Part shown: piece after piece, positions 24,753 through 37,390 of the stretch
Layout: every line of letters starts with the position of its first letter
How positions within the stretch are numbered: the first letter of the stretch is position 1
Assembly (NCBI GenBank): GCA_010909165.1
Contig: MU008164.1
Span: 930,001 to 994,000, forward strand
Source: Anthoceros angustus
Taxonomy: Eukaryota > Plantae > Anthocerotophyta
DNA: 64,000 bases
Direction of reading: 5' to 3'
Position numbers and translations under genes: made by a program
The notes under the pieces: generated by a model
Databases searched by the model: none
What the model was told of the DNA's origin: nothing
What the model saw: only the letters and a program-made list of their open reading frames with translations

Positions 24753-27700
24753 CTAATTGCGTACAAGCCGCAACAGCGCAGCAACCACCATGGCGGACAC
24801 GGCGTCAGCGAGCTTCACCGCCAAGGCGAGGAGCCGCAGCCAGACTATGAGGGAAATCCTGATCCTCACTTCACCACATCAAAGCACTTGTCTACCACAT
24901 CACATGCTGCAATGCCGAGAATTTCCTTTTCCGCCACCAATTCTTCACCAATTGCGGGGACACAGCCGATACACCTGCATCCGAAGCACTCTGGATTCCG
25001 ATCCACTGCTCCAGCTCACAAAATCGCACCTCTGCTGGCCCTCCGCGCCACTGCACCGAGAACCCGCAACATGCTGGACTCTATTGCGGACTTTTCCACA
25101 AAAGAGCTGGCCGAACCGGGCTGCGAGCGGGTGGAGCGGATGGGGCGGATGGAGCGGGTGCAAGGAAGCAAGGAAGCGAGGAAGATGCAACAACAAGCCC
25201 GAGCTGCGCTGCGTGTGCTACAAGAACACAACTCCAACAACAAGTCCGTACGAATTTCTACACCAAACACTCCGGATATTTTATGCTTTTGGGACGCGCT
25301 AGCAGGACGGCACAGGAAGGCGGGACGGAAGGGAAGCGGACGGGGCGGAGGCGGGGCGGGGCGGGGCGAGGGCGGGGCGGGGCGGCAGCGGCAGCGGCTG
25401 CGGGAGGCGAGGCAGCAGCAGCAGCAAGCGCGGCGCGAGGCGAGCGGGAGGCGTGAAGATGTGAAGAAGACGGGGCGGGTGGCGAGCCGTGCACGCAGGT
25501 CCCATTGGGGCCCGGCGTCTACGTTCACTGAACCTTTACCGTTGCCACAACGCAGCCCACGTCTCTGGGACATGTGGGATTGGCTTCTCAGACAGAGGGG
25601 CCCGGGGGGCTTGGGGCCCAACCGCTGACCTTCCGTCCTCCGTGACCGGGGAAAGCTTCCTTGGCTGGCAGGCTTGGCCTCGTTATCCGCTTCTTACTGT
25701 GTTTGCGCACCTTCCGCCCAACTGGTCCGAAGGCCCTGTTTTAGCTTCCACGCGCCTCCCACGCTTCCTTTCTCCTGCTCCCCATCTCCAGATTTGTGCT
25801 TTTGTGCGGCAGCCACCCAAGATTGTTCCATGTATGATGCAAGCCAACCCAGCTGGCCGACCATATCATATACCTACATACAGTACATTTTGGTTTGAAA
25901 AAGGACGGACATGGATCGACCCACCAGATTACATCCAATACCTACTTACAAACAATCAAAGAACGGCTGTCTGGTCCGAGTGGAGACTTCTCTTAGGAGA
26001 AGAGTAAATACTGGAGGAAGAAATATCTTGAGAGAGATCACCCAAGCATGGCTTTCTCTTAAGGTGAGCAACTACAGTAAGTACAAATATACTAAGCAAG
26101 TGTTGGATGTAGATTATGTATTTTAACTGGCTCCCAAATATGCCTAACCTTAAACCCACATTCCAGTGTTGGCCTGGCCTCATAGCAATAGGAATGGATA
26201 CAATTGAAGCGAATTGAACCTTGAACCTCTCATATCTTTAGCTTAGTAAAATATAAAAAACATAACTAATCTCACATGATAATCAAAATATCACTCTCAT
26301 TCTCCCTCTCCCTCTTCCTCTCCTATCACAATTGTCATGTCATACCTCTCCAATCACAATTGCACTCTCTCTGCTATAAGTTACACAAGGTGGACATGTA
26401 TGTCATATTCGTCCTGTGCTGAAACGATTGAGGTCATTTACTTCCCCACCTGGGGGCAGGCGGGTTGCGCTCTTGCTTTTAGCTGCTGCATTTTCCCCGA
26501 ATTCACACCCAATTTACGGTGTGACTGGGCATTGCCGGTTGAGCAAAGACCTACATCTGGGCAAGGCAAGTGGCAGCAAGCTAAAGGCCGTCCCAAGTAC
26601 GGGGGACTTTCCAGAGATTGTTCTTGTTCCGTTAGGTCGTACGTTGTGAGAATACGTCCAAACATGTGGTGCCGGACACGCGAGCGAGCCAGAGACCTGA
26701 CACAAACCTGTACGCGAACCGCCATCCGACAAATACGGCTACAATTAGTGCATCTTTTTATTTCGTTTATTTCCCAGGTGGATGCTCCCAGGCTCCAGCT
26801 GTCTATCCACTCCCACTCGCGTCCCTGCTCATGAGAGACTGTGCCGACCTGACCACTGACCGCCTCCAGCCCTAACATGGACCTCACGACTGACAGACAC
26901 TGGATGATGGCCCCGCTCTGCCCGCCACTTGGCGGCACCAACATCCTTTAAACGGAATCTTGTTTTTCATAATTATTCAATCATTAATTTTTAAATTTTT
27001 ATCCATATCTGAAATTTATAATTTTATTTTAAAATTATTTTTACATATATTTCAAAATATTTTTGAAAATTTTTATTGAGGGAGGAGAGATGATGGGGAG
27101 AGCCCATTTAGCAAGAGGACTATAGGAAGACCTCAAAGAAGCCACTAAGCATATATGGAGTTGGATAGGCCTACATATTACACATGATTAAAATCCTTTG
27201 TCCAATTTCACAGGTCTTGATCCCAATCCCAAAATCATTACAATATCTTTTCATTGGAATGGGGCCTTATAATAGGTCTTATCTTTTCATGCAAGCCTGA
27301 AATTATTATAATATCTTATCATGGAAAATGGGGACGTATATTATTTTAAACAATACGTATGGATGATTGGTCCAATAGATGTATGCCTATGATGGGAGGT
27401 CACACAAATGCCTAGGCATGACTGCGTAGGTTCTCCAGAAACTCCATCCAGGCCTTTGTGTATTGAAGTTGCTGCGAAGCTGAGAAACCTTGAGTTTTTT
27501 AGCGTCATGATTAATTGGGACACTATTGAAAATGAACAGAAAGGCCTTGCATGCGAGTAGGTAGGCACATATGTACCTGCCTTGTTGTGTTTGCCAAAGT
27601 TGTGGAAAAAGCGAGCGGATCAGGAAAAGCGGGAGCCCGCGTCCAGCCACCGACGACGTCGGGGAATTTGGTGCGGCCGGGACCCGTGTGGTGGTACGCA

Positions 27701-28530
27701 CTAGTTCCGCACTTTATTGAATCTTGACATGCAGAGAGGTGTGTCCCTCGTCCCCTTCCTTGAAGCTCTCTCCACACCTCATCAGCACTTGGAAGCTCTC
27801 TAAAGGCAGCCAGCAAGTCTGCCACCATGTCCTAACGTCTGCCCAGAGTATGCATATCTTCGCGGAGAAACTGCAAGCTCCTCATCCAGCAGGCAAGTCA
27901 TGATTTGTGTGAGCTGTGAGTGTGTGGCGGTGGCGGCCTTTTCCGGGCCCGGGGGTCTCGCCTCCTGCATCAGCGTCACTCCACTCCGGAATTTCGTCTA
28001 CAACAAGCTTTGCCCACACGGCTTCAGTCAGACAAGGGAATAGATTGCCTAAATTAATGCTCGCACGATGCGGAGCGGAGCTGATCCGTTGTGGCAAGAT
28101 ATATCGCAGGTCCCACATCTGAGCGAGGTGGCTGGAAAGGCGCACTGTCCTGGAGGTGGACGGTGTTTTTCTTTCCTGCGGAAAGCTTTGGACACTTTGG
28201 TAACCTAGGATTCTAGTTTACCGGGATTCATGGTCACATGAATCGATCCGGCAACTCTCCTGTTGGAACACAACGTTGTGTGCAATTGAGATTCAACAGA
28301 TTGGAATGCTTACATCGTTCAAGCCTGGGGGCATAAGGTATACACGGCACAGGTCGGAGTAAAGTAGCGTAAGCACCTGCAATTTCTGCAGCACAGAAAG
28401 CACCAAATCTTCAGCTGTGGATGGTCCGAAAAAGGCATCTGGCATCGCTTGCAGCAACTTCGTTTGTTACATGTATTTCACCGTGCATTGAATGCTCGGC
28501 TGAAAGGCCAACGACGGCATTCGGCCCCTC

Positions 28531-31500
28531 GAATTCACGGCTAGGCCTAAATATCGGTTCGCCAGGGTACGGCCTGGCGAACCGACATGCCATGCCATGA
28601 GCATGGCCTTCCTCTCCCCTGCCCCTCTCTCTCGTGTATTGCCAACCCGCGACCGGGCCACCGGGGGCGAGGGGAACTAATTCAAGTTCCCGTCGTCCTG
28701 AATACCGCGGCGATACTATGGAACGATACAAAGTCGAACTCGTCGGCATGCACAGCGTTCAGGCATGTGCTGCTAGGACGCACCGAGGCAAGCGTAGAGG
28801 AGGATCACCAAGATGAGTGGAGAGGACGATCACCAAGACTGAGTTTTTGATTAATTGCATTGGTCAAAACATCTGAAGGGAGATATTACTGCCACCTACA
28901 TCGCACCTATACCTACGCTAGTTTTCTTTGTCTGCTGATAACTTCCAAGTCACTCTCTTCTTCTTTTTCTTCGGTGGTGAGAAGAATGGCTTAGTCCTGA
29001 CGATGTTGTTGTCTCCCTCGTTGGTGGTGAATGCTTGAAGAGGCTGCCGTGCTGCAGGCATTTCCTGCTCATATGCAATCAAACGTTGGACATCCATGAG
29101 TGTACATTTCACCAAAAGTGCTGCATCCCCTACGACTTCCTTATTCTTGTGCATCAAATTCACAATAGCATTGCAATCTTGTTCGAGGCGAATCGATCTT
29201 CACCGCGCCGTTACATAAAACACCCTCCACAGTGGTTGCAGGTTGCACGAAACGCTTTCCATCACATGTTCTCTATTATCACATAAAGCAAGAGTCGTTG
29301 TGCCCCGAATTACTAGACCATCTGTCAGATATCGACGTTTCATCCGGAGTGTGTATGAGAGCACTCCAAGCGAGCATATCCTGCACTTTCACGATGTGTT
29401 TACAAATAAAGCCTTTCCTCCCTTGAGCACACTCACATGTAGCCCACATGGAATCTGCATTCTCAATTGTATATATCACATGGGCATCTGTTGAACTACT
29501 CCTGCATGAAGTTGTGGTACAAGGTGGGGAAGGCAAAGTAACATTATCATCTTCAATCAGAGTTGCCCCATCTATTGCAGGTGCACCGCCTCTCATGTTA
29601 ACCACATACCCTCCTTCTTTGCAATGGTTCACATACCAATAATGGGACGAATTACGAAGCACAATTGATGTAACCACACTGCCTCCAAAGAAGAGATGCC
29701 CTCGTAAGACTAAGTTTCTACTTAAAAAACCGATGTCATGCCTCTATAGCAGAGGCACAGTCTTGCCCTGCAGCGAAAGCATGCGGGCATTTTTTATGAA
29801 CATGCCTGCAATCAAAACAGGCCTTGTGAAGATGTGTATGTGCACAAGCTTGAAAAGGGAGAATACGAAGGTGGAGATATGGACTAACCTAGTTGTGCAC
29901 CCCGGGTTGTTCTGAAATAGCCCACGAATGTTGGTTGCCGTTTCTCCCACTTGGCATAGAAGGAAAATAGCAACTGCTCACCCTCCCGAATTGTATCTCG
30001 AATTGATGTGCTGGAGCCCTTCACGTACATCAGTTCACCTAATTCCTGCCATATGGCTTCCTTGTCTACCCTGTTTTGGACTTTCTTAATAAGATTACGG
30101 AGCCAAGCACGACGCACATGCCAGAGGCAAAGTAGAACAAGAACACTGTAATTGTAAACCTTTCGAATTGCAGCAATCTCAGCTACACAATCATCAACCA
30201 ATATTGCGGAGGGCAACCAAGTTGCATCCTTACTATGAGAACCTCATGAAAGATGTCACCACCGCTATGGTGTCACTTGTATCGCCCTTTGCCAAAACCC
30301 ACGCTAGGAATACCATTCATGTGAAGGTCGAAAGCCATAATTGTGAAGAGATGCTACTTGTAATCGGGTTTACACCAACGTGGAATCAATCCCGAGCACA
30401 TTATTCTTACCATGTGTCAAACAGTCTCAAGCATATCTGCACTTTCACGATGTGTTTACAAATAAAGCCTTTCCTCCCTTGAGCACACTCACATGTAGCC
30501 CACATGGAATGCATTCTCAATTGTATATGTCACATGGGCATCTGTTGAACTCTCCATAAAGTTGTGGTACAAGGTGGGAAGGCAAAGTATTATCATCCTC
30601 AATCGAGTTGCCCCATCTATTGCGGTGTGCACCATTCTCCTCATGTTAACCACATACCCTCCTTCTTTGCAATGGTTCACATACCAATAATGGGGCAATT
30701 ACGAAGCACAATTGATGTAACAACGGTCTACTGCAGAGAGAGCCCTCGTAAGACTAAGTTTCTACTTAAAAACCGATGCCATGCCTCTATAGCAGAGGCA
30801 GCCGCAGTCTTGCAGCATTTTTATGAACATGCCCGCAATCAAAGCAGCCTTGTGAAGATGTGTATGTGCACAAGCTTGAAAAGGGAGAATACGAAGCTGG
30901 AGATATGGACTAACCTAGTTGTGCACCCCAGGTTGTTCTGAAATAGCCCACGAATGTTGGTTGCCGTTTCTCCCACTTGGCATAGAAGGAAAATAGCTGC
31001 TCACCCTCCTCGAATTGATGTGCTGGAGCCCTTCACGTACATCAGTTCACCTAATTCGCCATATGGCTTCCTTGTCTACCTGTTTTGGACTTTCTTAATA
31101 AGATTACGGAGCCAAGCACGACATGCCGAGGCAAAGTAGAACAAGAACACGTAATTGTAAACCTTTGAATTGCAATCTCACACAATCATCAACCAATATT
31201 GCGGAGGCAACCAAGTTGCATCCTTACTTAATGAGAACCTCATGAAAGATGTCAACCACACGGCTATGGTGTCACTTGTATCCTTTGCCAAAACCCACGC
31301 TATCGGAATACCATTCATGTGAAGGTCGAAAGCCATAATTGTGAAGAGATGCTACTTGTACTGGTTTACACCGAACGTGGAATCAATCCCGAGCACATTA
31401 TTCTTACCATGTGTCAAACAGGTCTGAAGCATGAACGGGGTCTGAATCCCCAAACAAACGACTGATCAGCAGTGGACTTGTGAAACACAAATGCAGCATT

Positions 31501-32712
31501 GAGCCGCATCCATAAACCCACACTAATATTGTCATTTGGATGATGTTTCCACACTGTACCTTGCAAGTCAACGGCAAGATTGTCAATGTCTGCACGTGTC
31601 AAGAAATCATCTCTAACCTGGACATACTGTGACTCATGCTCCAAGCTTGTTGAAAGCCCACAACATTTTGCCCGCACCTACTCCTGGTGTCGTCTAAGAA
31701 TCTCAAACACATAAACATTGCACAATAAACCATATTTCACCCATGCCTTCTTGTCAGCACTCAAGTGATAAGCTCTGACATCTCTTGGCATGCCTACGTA
31801 CTCTGGGCCATGACACACTCTTCCAGAAACATCCACGTGCATAGTTTCGTATAAAGTTACTTGAGCAATTACTGGCCATCTTCGTAATTGTGCAAAGGCA
31901 AACGAAGCTTGACAGCCGTGTTTGATGCTTTCACCGTTAGCAATCCGAGACCGTCTACGCTTCTTCTCACCCTCCACAGCAATAGGTACTGGTGGTGGAG
32001 GCATGGTTACATTCCGCAAGTCTGTGGCCCATATCCACATCAATAACTGCAAGCAAAACACTGAAGTTGAAATCTTTCAAGTAAACGGATTGAATCCTTA
32101 GGGTCCATACATACCGTGTTGTGACAATGGCTGCATCTAGCTTCAGACAACTTATTGCTGAAGTATTGCTGGCTGGCCCTCTACGAGATGCCTTGTAATA
32201 ATTTGTAGGAGCCTGTGGCAATGCGTTCATGCCCTCTATGAAATCCTGCACTCTGGTCCAAGGGATGTAAGCTAGCTGTCGTTGTTTGTCTTGGCCAGTA
32301 CAAGATGGATGCTTGTATGAGGATTGCTACCATTCCAAGTCATTGAAAGAAAATTTCCCTCCACCAGGCCTCTGAATTGCAAAAGGACAATGTGCAACCT
32401 CATCCATCAACTGGAGCACGATCGGTATCGTGCATCCTCCCGACTCGTCTTTCAACTCTTACCGTGTGCCTGCTTTGAGCAGAAGCGCCTTCCGCCTCGC
32501 TCAATCAAACGCGAACGAAGGGCAGCAGACGCCGAAATTGCCACGACAATCGTGCCGACGGAACTTGAATTAGTTTCCCGCTCCTGGCTCTGGGTTTCCA
32601 CAGATAAGAGAGAGAGGAGTTATAGAGGAGAGGAAGGCCATGCTCATGGCAAGGCATGTCGGTTCGCCAGGCCGTACCCTGGCGAACCGATATTTAGGCC
32701 TAGCGCGAATTC
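28531..32712 (-). mobile_element. Mutator-like element (MULE) with ~160-nt TIRs and a degraded SWIM-containing transposase
   Basis: 28531-28695 is the reverse complement of 32555-32712. Internal minus-strand fragments: AILVDDCVAE...LCLWHVRRAW (MULE D and CxxH motifs) and WATCECAQGRKGFICKHI (SWIM). No target-site duplication found. Confidence 0.85.
29372..31432. repeat. ~1.0-1.06 kb direct tandem duplication inside the MULE
   Basis: ctgcactttcacgatgtgtttacaaataaagcc occurs at about 29380 and 30437. Both copies end in cacattattcttaccatgtgtcaaaca; the junction microhomology is agcat. Confidence 0.9.
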
Positions 32713-34089
32713 ATTAGTGCCTACATGTGGAAAGCACCTCAAATTGTGTGTGGCCTTAAGGGCTTACGGAGCAAAACATCTAGGGTGGACCAAGTCTTCT
32801 TATAAACATTTTTGTTTTGTCCCTTCTCAAGAGTTAGAAGAAAAGGAGAAGAATTTTGTAAGTTCATTTTTTATTAGGTTTAGGGTCCTTAATGTTTTAA
32901 TTTGAAAACCATGCTCTGTCCACATGTAAGATGTAACTGAAGCAAAGGACCTAGTTGGAAGACTGAAGGATGGAAATCTTTTTTATGCATAACAATAATG
33001 CATGTAGCATATTTCATGAGCTTAGTTTATTTATTTTAAAATATTTAATTATTTATTGAGCTCTTTTGTTAGCGAAGTCTGAGATTTTGCTGAAACACAG
33101 CGTTAGACTTGATGCCAAGACTAGCCTTGGGGACTGTTAAACACAACTTTAGGCTTGATGCCAAGACTAGCCTTGGGGAGTGTGTCCTGCTAGTTGTTGG
33201 TCAAGCGATAAGGAACGAGAGGACACAAAAGAGGGATGCCCCTTGCATATAAAAAGGCAGCAAAAAAATAAATAAACAAGTCCATTGTAGAGCGTAGCTC
33301 CCATGGCGTGTTGATAGCTCGCTACAATTCCTTGCTTTGTACTTGTCTAAGTCTGTATGGCTCATAGCTTACAAGGTCGTTGTTGATCATCCTTCTTTTT
33401 CACTATTTGAAGCCTATGCACAGACCCTAGTTTGCCTCTATTCGTAGAGCTGACCACATTCCTAAGCCATGAGCTGTGAGCATGCCTCAACACGCTCACC
33501 CTCAAAAGTCTAAATCATGCTTTCAAAACGGTGTGACTGCTTACATTCGTGATCTGATGCAGGTTTACAAATTGCTGCGCGTCTTTGCTCACAAAACGAT
33601 GCATTGGTGAAAGTATGTTAAGCTTTATTTTGTGATAAGACATTGTATCACTCGGAGTTTCCTGTTTTCGATTTCCTGCAAAGTCCTCTTTCAAGACTAC
33701 CTATTTACCAGTTCGCATCTATAATCTAAGGACCTATATGGACTCACAGTTCAAGAGCTCAATTCGGACAGATCGGGTCAATTCCAGGCCAAGTCAGTAT
33801 CAAACTGAGCTCAAACCGGCATACAGACACTGTCCATCGTGGCAACCAGTTCGCTGACAATGCCGCTGACGTAGCAATTAATGATTAGTTGTCAATTGAG
33901 TTTCTCCCAGTTCAAACCCCAACCGACCCCCCACGGATTACCCACAATTCGAACGAACTAAGATGAAAGAAAACGCATTGTAACATTTCGCTTTTACTAA
34001 TCACCTACATCAGTTACATTTGTACAATTTTTTTAGTCTTGTATTTCAGCTCAACCTCGAGCTCCTGCTAGGTGGGTTTTGTGGGCTGT

Positions 34090-34300
34090 CCACGGGCTTG
34101 GCTTGGCTTGGCTTGGCTTAAGCCACTTGCTAGGAAGGTGAATCTGATTTGTCGTTCTTACCACATGTTTGACTGTTGCCTATACGAGGAATCATGTTCC
34201 GCGGGGCTTGGCTTGGCTTGGCTCAAGCCACTTGCTAGGAAGGTGAATCTGGTTTGTTGTTCTTACCACAGGTTTAACTGCTACCTATATGAGGAATCAT
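34090..34300. repeat. Two ~113-nt direct repeats, each starting with (GGCTT)n
   Basis: gggcttggcttggcttggct.aagccacttgctaggaaggtgaatctg...gaggaatca occurs twice. Confidence 0.85.
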
Positions 34301-35281
34301 TGATGATGCAGGACTCGGAAATCAACTCTAGGATCGATGTTGGGTGATACCATCCAATTATATAATTTGATAGTCGGGATTAAACCAAGCCATTATATGG
34401 CATCTCGAGCGGAACAAGAGCTAAATTTTTCTAGTTTAGTAATATGTGCTAGTCTGAGAATTCATAATTTGCTAGCGTTAGTTTGCCACACAGTCAATTC
34501 GAGAATCCAACTAAACTGATGGAATCAAAACTGAATTGTCTAGCTACTACACATTTTGACAAACGGAACGAACCTCAATTCGAGGGAACTGCCAATGCAA
34601 AAAGATCCTCAATGTATAACAAAACACCTACCAAATACATTAGGCTTTATTTATCATTATGTAGAATATATTTTAATGAATTATATTTAAATAATTATTT
34701 ATAATTTATACAATATTATATCATGTAATAAGATGATTACGTGATTGTATGCGTTGGAACGAAAATCAACGTCTTTGTCTTTATTATAAACGTAATCTCG
34801 TGCCAAAGATCTTGCATATATTATGGTCAATTGTATTATGGTGATGATTAAAAAAATTACTTTATTTCATCTCAACATCATTTGTTCACTCTAATCTCAC
34901 ATTCTCAAAGTAATGACCATCCACCCATATCCCTAAGTCATCTTTAGACACATCACTTTCTCCAATAATGAGCATCCACTACATCTCCTCAACCTTGTAT
35001 TTAGACACCTCACTTTTTCAAAATAATAAGCATCCACCCTCATCCCTTACCTCGTATTTAGACGTTGATTGACAATTTTTTACGCTGCATAAAGATTCAT
35101 TGAATTTCTCGCCAATGTGTTCTTGTATGCATATCTAACTTCCTATTTAAAACTCAGGCTATCACTGGTCATTTTATAGTCAACCAAACCCAAAATGTGT
35201 TATTCTTGTATGCATATCTAACTTTCTACTTAAAACTCATGCTAGCTCTAGTCATTTTATAGTCAGCCAAACCCAAAAATT

Positions 35282-35932
35282 TTATTGTCCGTTTGGTTGA
35301 TTGTAAGGTGGTGTATCATAGGGGGGCGTTTCATAAGGAGGCGGCTCATAGGTAAGAGGTGAGTCATAAGTAGGAGGTGAGTCATAAGTAGGAGGTGGGT
35401 CATAAGTAGGAGGTGGGTCATAAGTAGGAGGTGGGTCATCAGTAGGAGGTGAGTCGTAAGTAAGAGGTGGCTCATAAGTAGGAGGTGGCTCATAAGTAGG
35501 AGGTGTCTCATATGTAGAAGGTATGTCATTTGAACGTGGTGTATCATATGGAGGATAAGTTGGTGAACCATACCCATATGGTGGTGGTGTCGCTCTATCA
35601 TATGGCGATCCACCAGAATTTCCTGCGGGTGGTGGAAGAACATAAGGTGGTTGATCCCCCCACATAGAAGGGGGGCCATCTTGGGAAGGTGACATTGGTG
35701 GCATTCGAAATGGTGGAACTCCATATAGGGATGGAGGGGATATATCTCCTGGTGGTATTGTTCCAGGTGATGGTGGACCTTCAATAGTTGGTACTATTGT
35801 TGCCGGAGAATCAATTATTGGCACCATTGTTACGGGAGTCTCAAGTGTGACATAAGGTCGAGCTCCTATCGAACTAATCAAATAACTGCAAAATATTAGG
35901 GTAAGTATATGTAGATAGAATGCATAACCCAT
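35282..35932 (-). CDS. Secreted acidic proline/tyrosine-rich protein with PPTY(D/E)(P/S) repeats
   Basis: Intact single-exon ORF. From the ATG at 35932 a signal-peptide-like start (MGYAFYLHILTLIFCSYLISSIGA) is followed by a Pro-rich body and about 12 hexapeptide (18-nt) repeats. Confidence 0.7.
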   Translation of the reverse strand: MGYAFYLHILTLIFCSYLISSIGARPYVTLETPVTMVPIIDSPATIVPTIEGPPSPGTIPPGDISPPSLYGVPPFRMPPMSPSQDGPPSMWGDQPPYVLPPPAGNSGGSPYDRATPPPYGYGSPTYPPYDTPRSNDIPSTYETPPTYEPPPTYEPPLTYDSPPTDDPPPTYDPPPTYDPPPTYDSPPTYDSPLTYEPPPYETPPYDTPPYNQPNGQ

Positions 35933-36366
35933 GGTTCCAATTGTATGTTGATATAACAAGGGAGTACTCCAAGCTTTTGATTCAAAACGTAACCAAGCAT
36001 ACTCAATGAACAACAATAACATGATGCTATATTTATAATGAGGGTCTAAAATAAAAACAATTAATATACTTTGAATATTTTGAACTATGTGATATGAAGG
36101 ATGCTTTCTAAAATGAGTGATGGTTGAACCAATTTTAAAATGAAGTAACTAGGAGTACATGTTTACACATTATGGTTGCTTTATAAGGAGCATAAACATA
36201 AAGTATACATTATAAAATTAAACAAACAAATAGAATTACTTTTAGTTCCACGTTCCATGATGTCACATAGAACAAATGTCTTCATTCCTAAAAATTAGAG
36301 CCACCTCTTTACTTTCTAATGGAATGTGGTTTTAATAGACTTACTTTAGCACGTGAAACATGAACT

Positions 36367-36520
36367 TTGCTTAATCCTAAAATGATCACCTATATTTTTC
36401 ATCAGGATGATAATTCAAAATTTGCTTAACCATAAAATGATCACCCATAATTTTCAAACTTTGCTTAACCCTAAAATGATCACCCATAATTTTCAAACTT
36501 TGCTTAACCCTAAAATAATC
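36367..36520. repeat. 39-nt tandem repeat, 3-4 units
   Basis: Unit tttgcttaaccctaaaatgatcacccataattttcaaac. Confidence 0.85.
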
Positions 36521-37390
36521 ACCTGTGAGGGACAGGGGGACATGGCAGCCCGAACCATTGGCAGATTTGAGGACATGGAGACGTGGAATATCCCAGCCCC
36601 GACAGATGAGGTTCGCGAATTGAACGAAGTGGAGGACGATGCTTTGCTGTCAGATGAGGTGGGTGTTTCGAGACTGGATTGACAAGAACGTCTTGTTCCG
36701 AAATTGTACACACGTTGATGCAGTTTGCTTGGCGGACATTGCGGTGCACCTTGCTTGGCATGCTGGCAGCTGTTCATGCAGCAGGACATGTGGAGGCAGC
36801 CCATGGCAGCACGGGAGGTGGTTGCGATTAGCATAAAAAGCGAGGACGTGGCAACTGCAAGGCCGCGATCATACGATACACGACACAAGAACTGGATGAG
36901 GAATGGCGACGGCAGTTTCAACAGGGGGGAGGTGTGATGACAAGCGGAGAGGAGAGTGCAGCACTGGATGTCATGGAGTGTGAGGTGGACAACGATGCAT
37001 CGTGACTTTTGATAAAAGGAATGGCGTGAAATGGCTGAAGGAGGCAATGCAAAAGCAAAGGATAGGAAGGGAAGGGAATCCGATGTTGTTCGGGGGTCTG
37101 AGCGAAGCAAGGCACGAAGAACTGTTGAAACTGGTGAGGACAAAGGTTGTGAATGAACTGGGGTACATGGCAAGATGGCGCGACGTTCCAAGAGGGGACA
37201 AGGGACGGTTAGTTAAATCGGTGTCGGAAGCCTTCCCCGACCTGGTGGTGAAGTCCAGCATAAGCCGACACTTCTCGCAGATGACTCGCCGCGCAATTCG
37301 ACAGTGGAGGCCGCAAAGGCAGCGGCATTAGAGGAAAGGGAGCAGAAGGGGGGAGGAGCGGGTAAGAAGCCGAGCATGGTGGACGAGGAG

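Noticed and set aside
24757-25628. Several long overlapping ORFs (181-246 aa) on both strands
   Set aside because: This is the GC-rich, low-complexity upstream region of SULTR4, where stop codons are rare by composition. No domain is recognisable.
26337-28400. ORFs of 100-168 aa between SULTR4 and the MULE
   Set aside because: No motif recognised, and they lie outside the MULE TIRs. They may be TE debris but cannot be assigned.
28520-32722. 9-bp TSD for the MULE
   Set aside because: The flanks cggcccctc and attagtgcc do not match, so no TSD is claimed.
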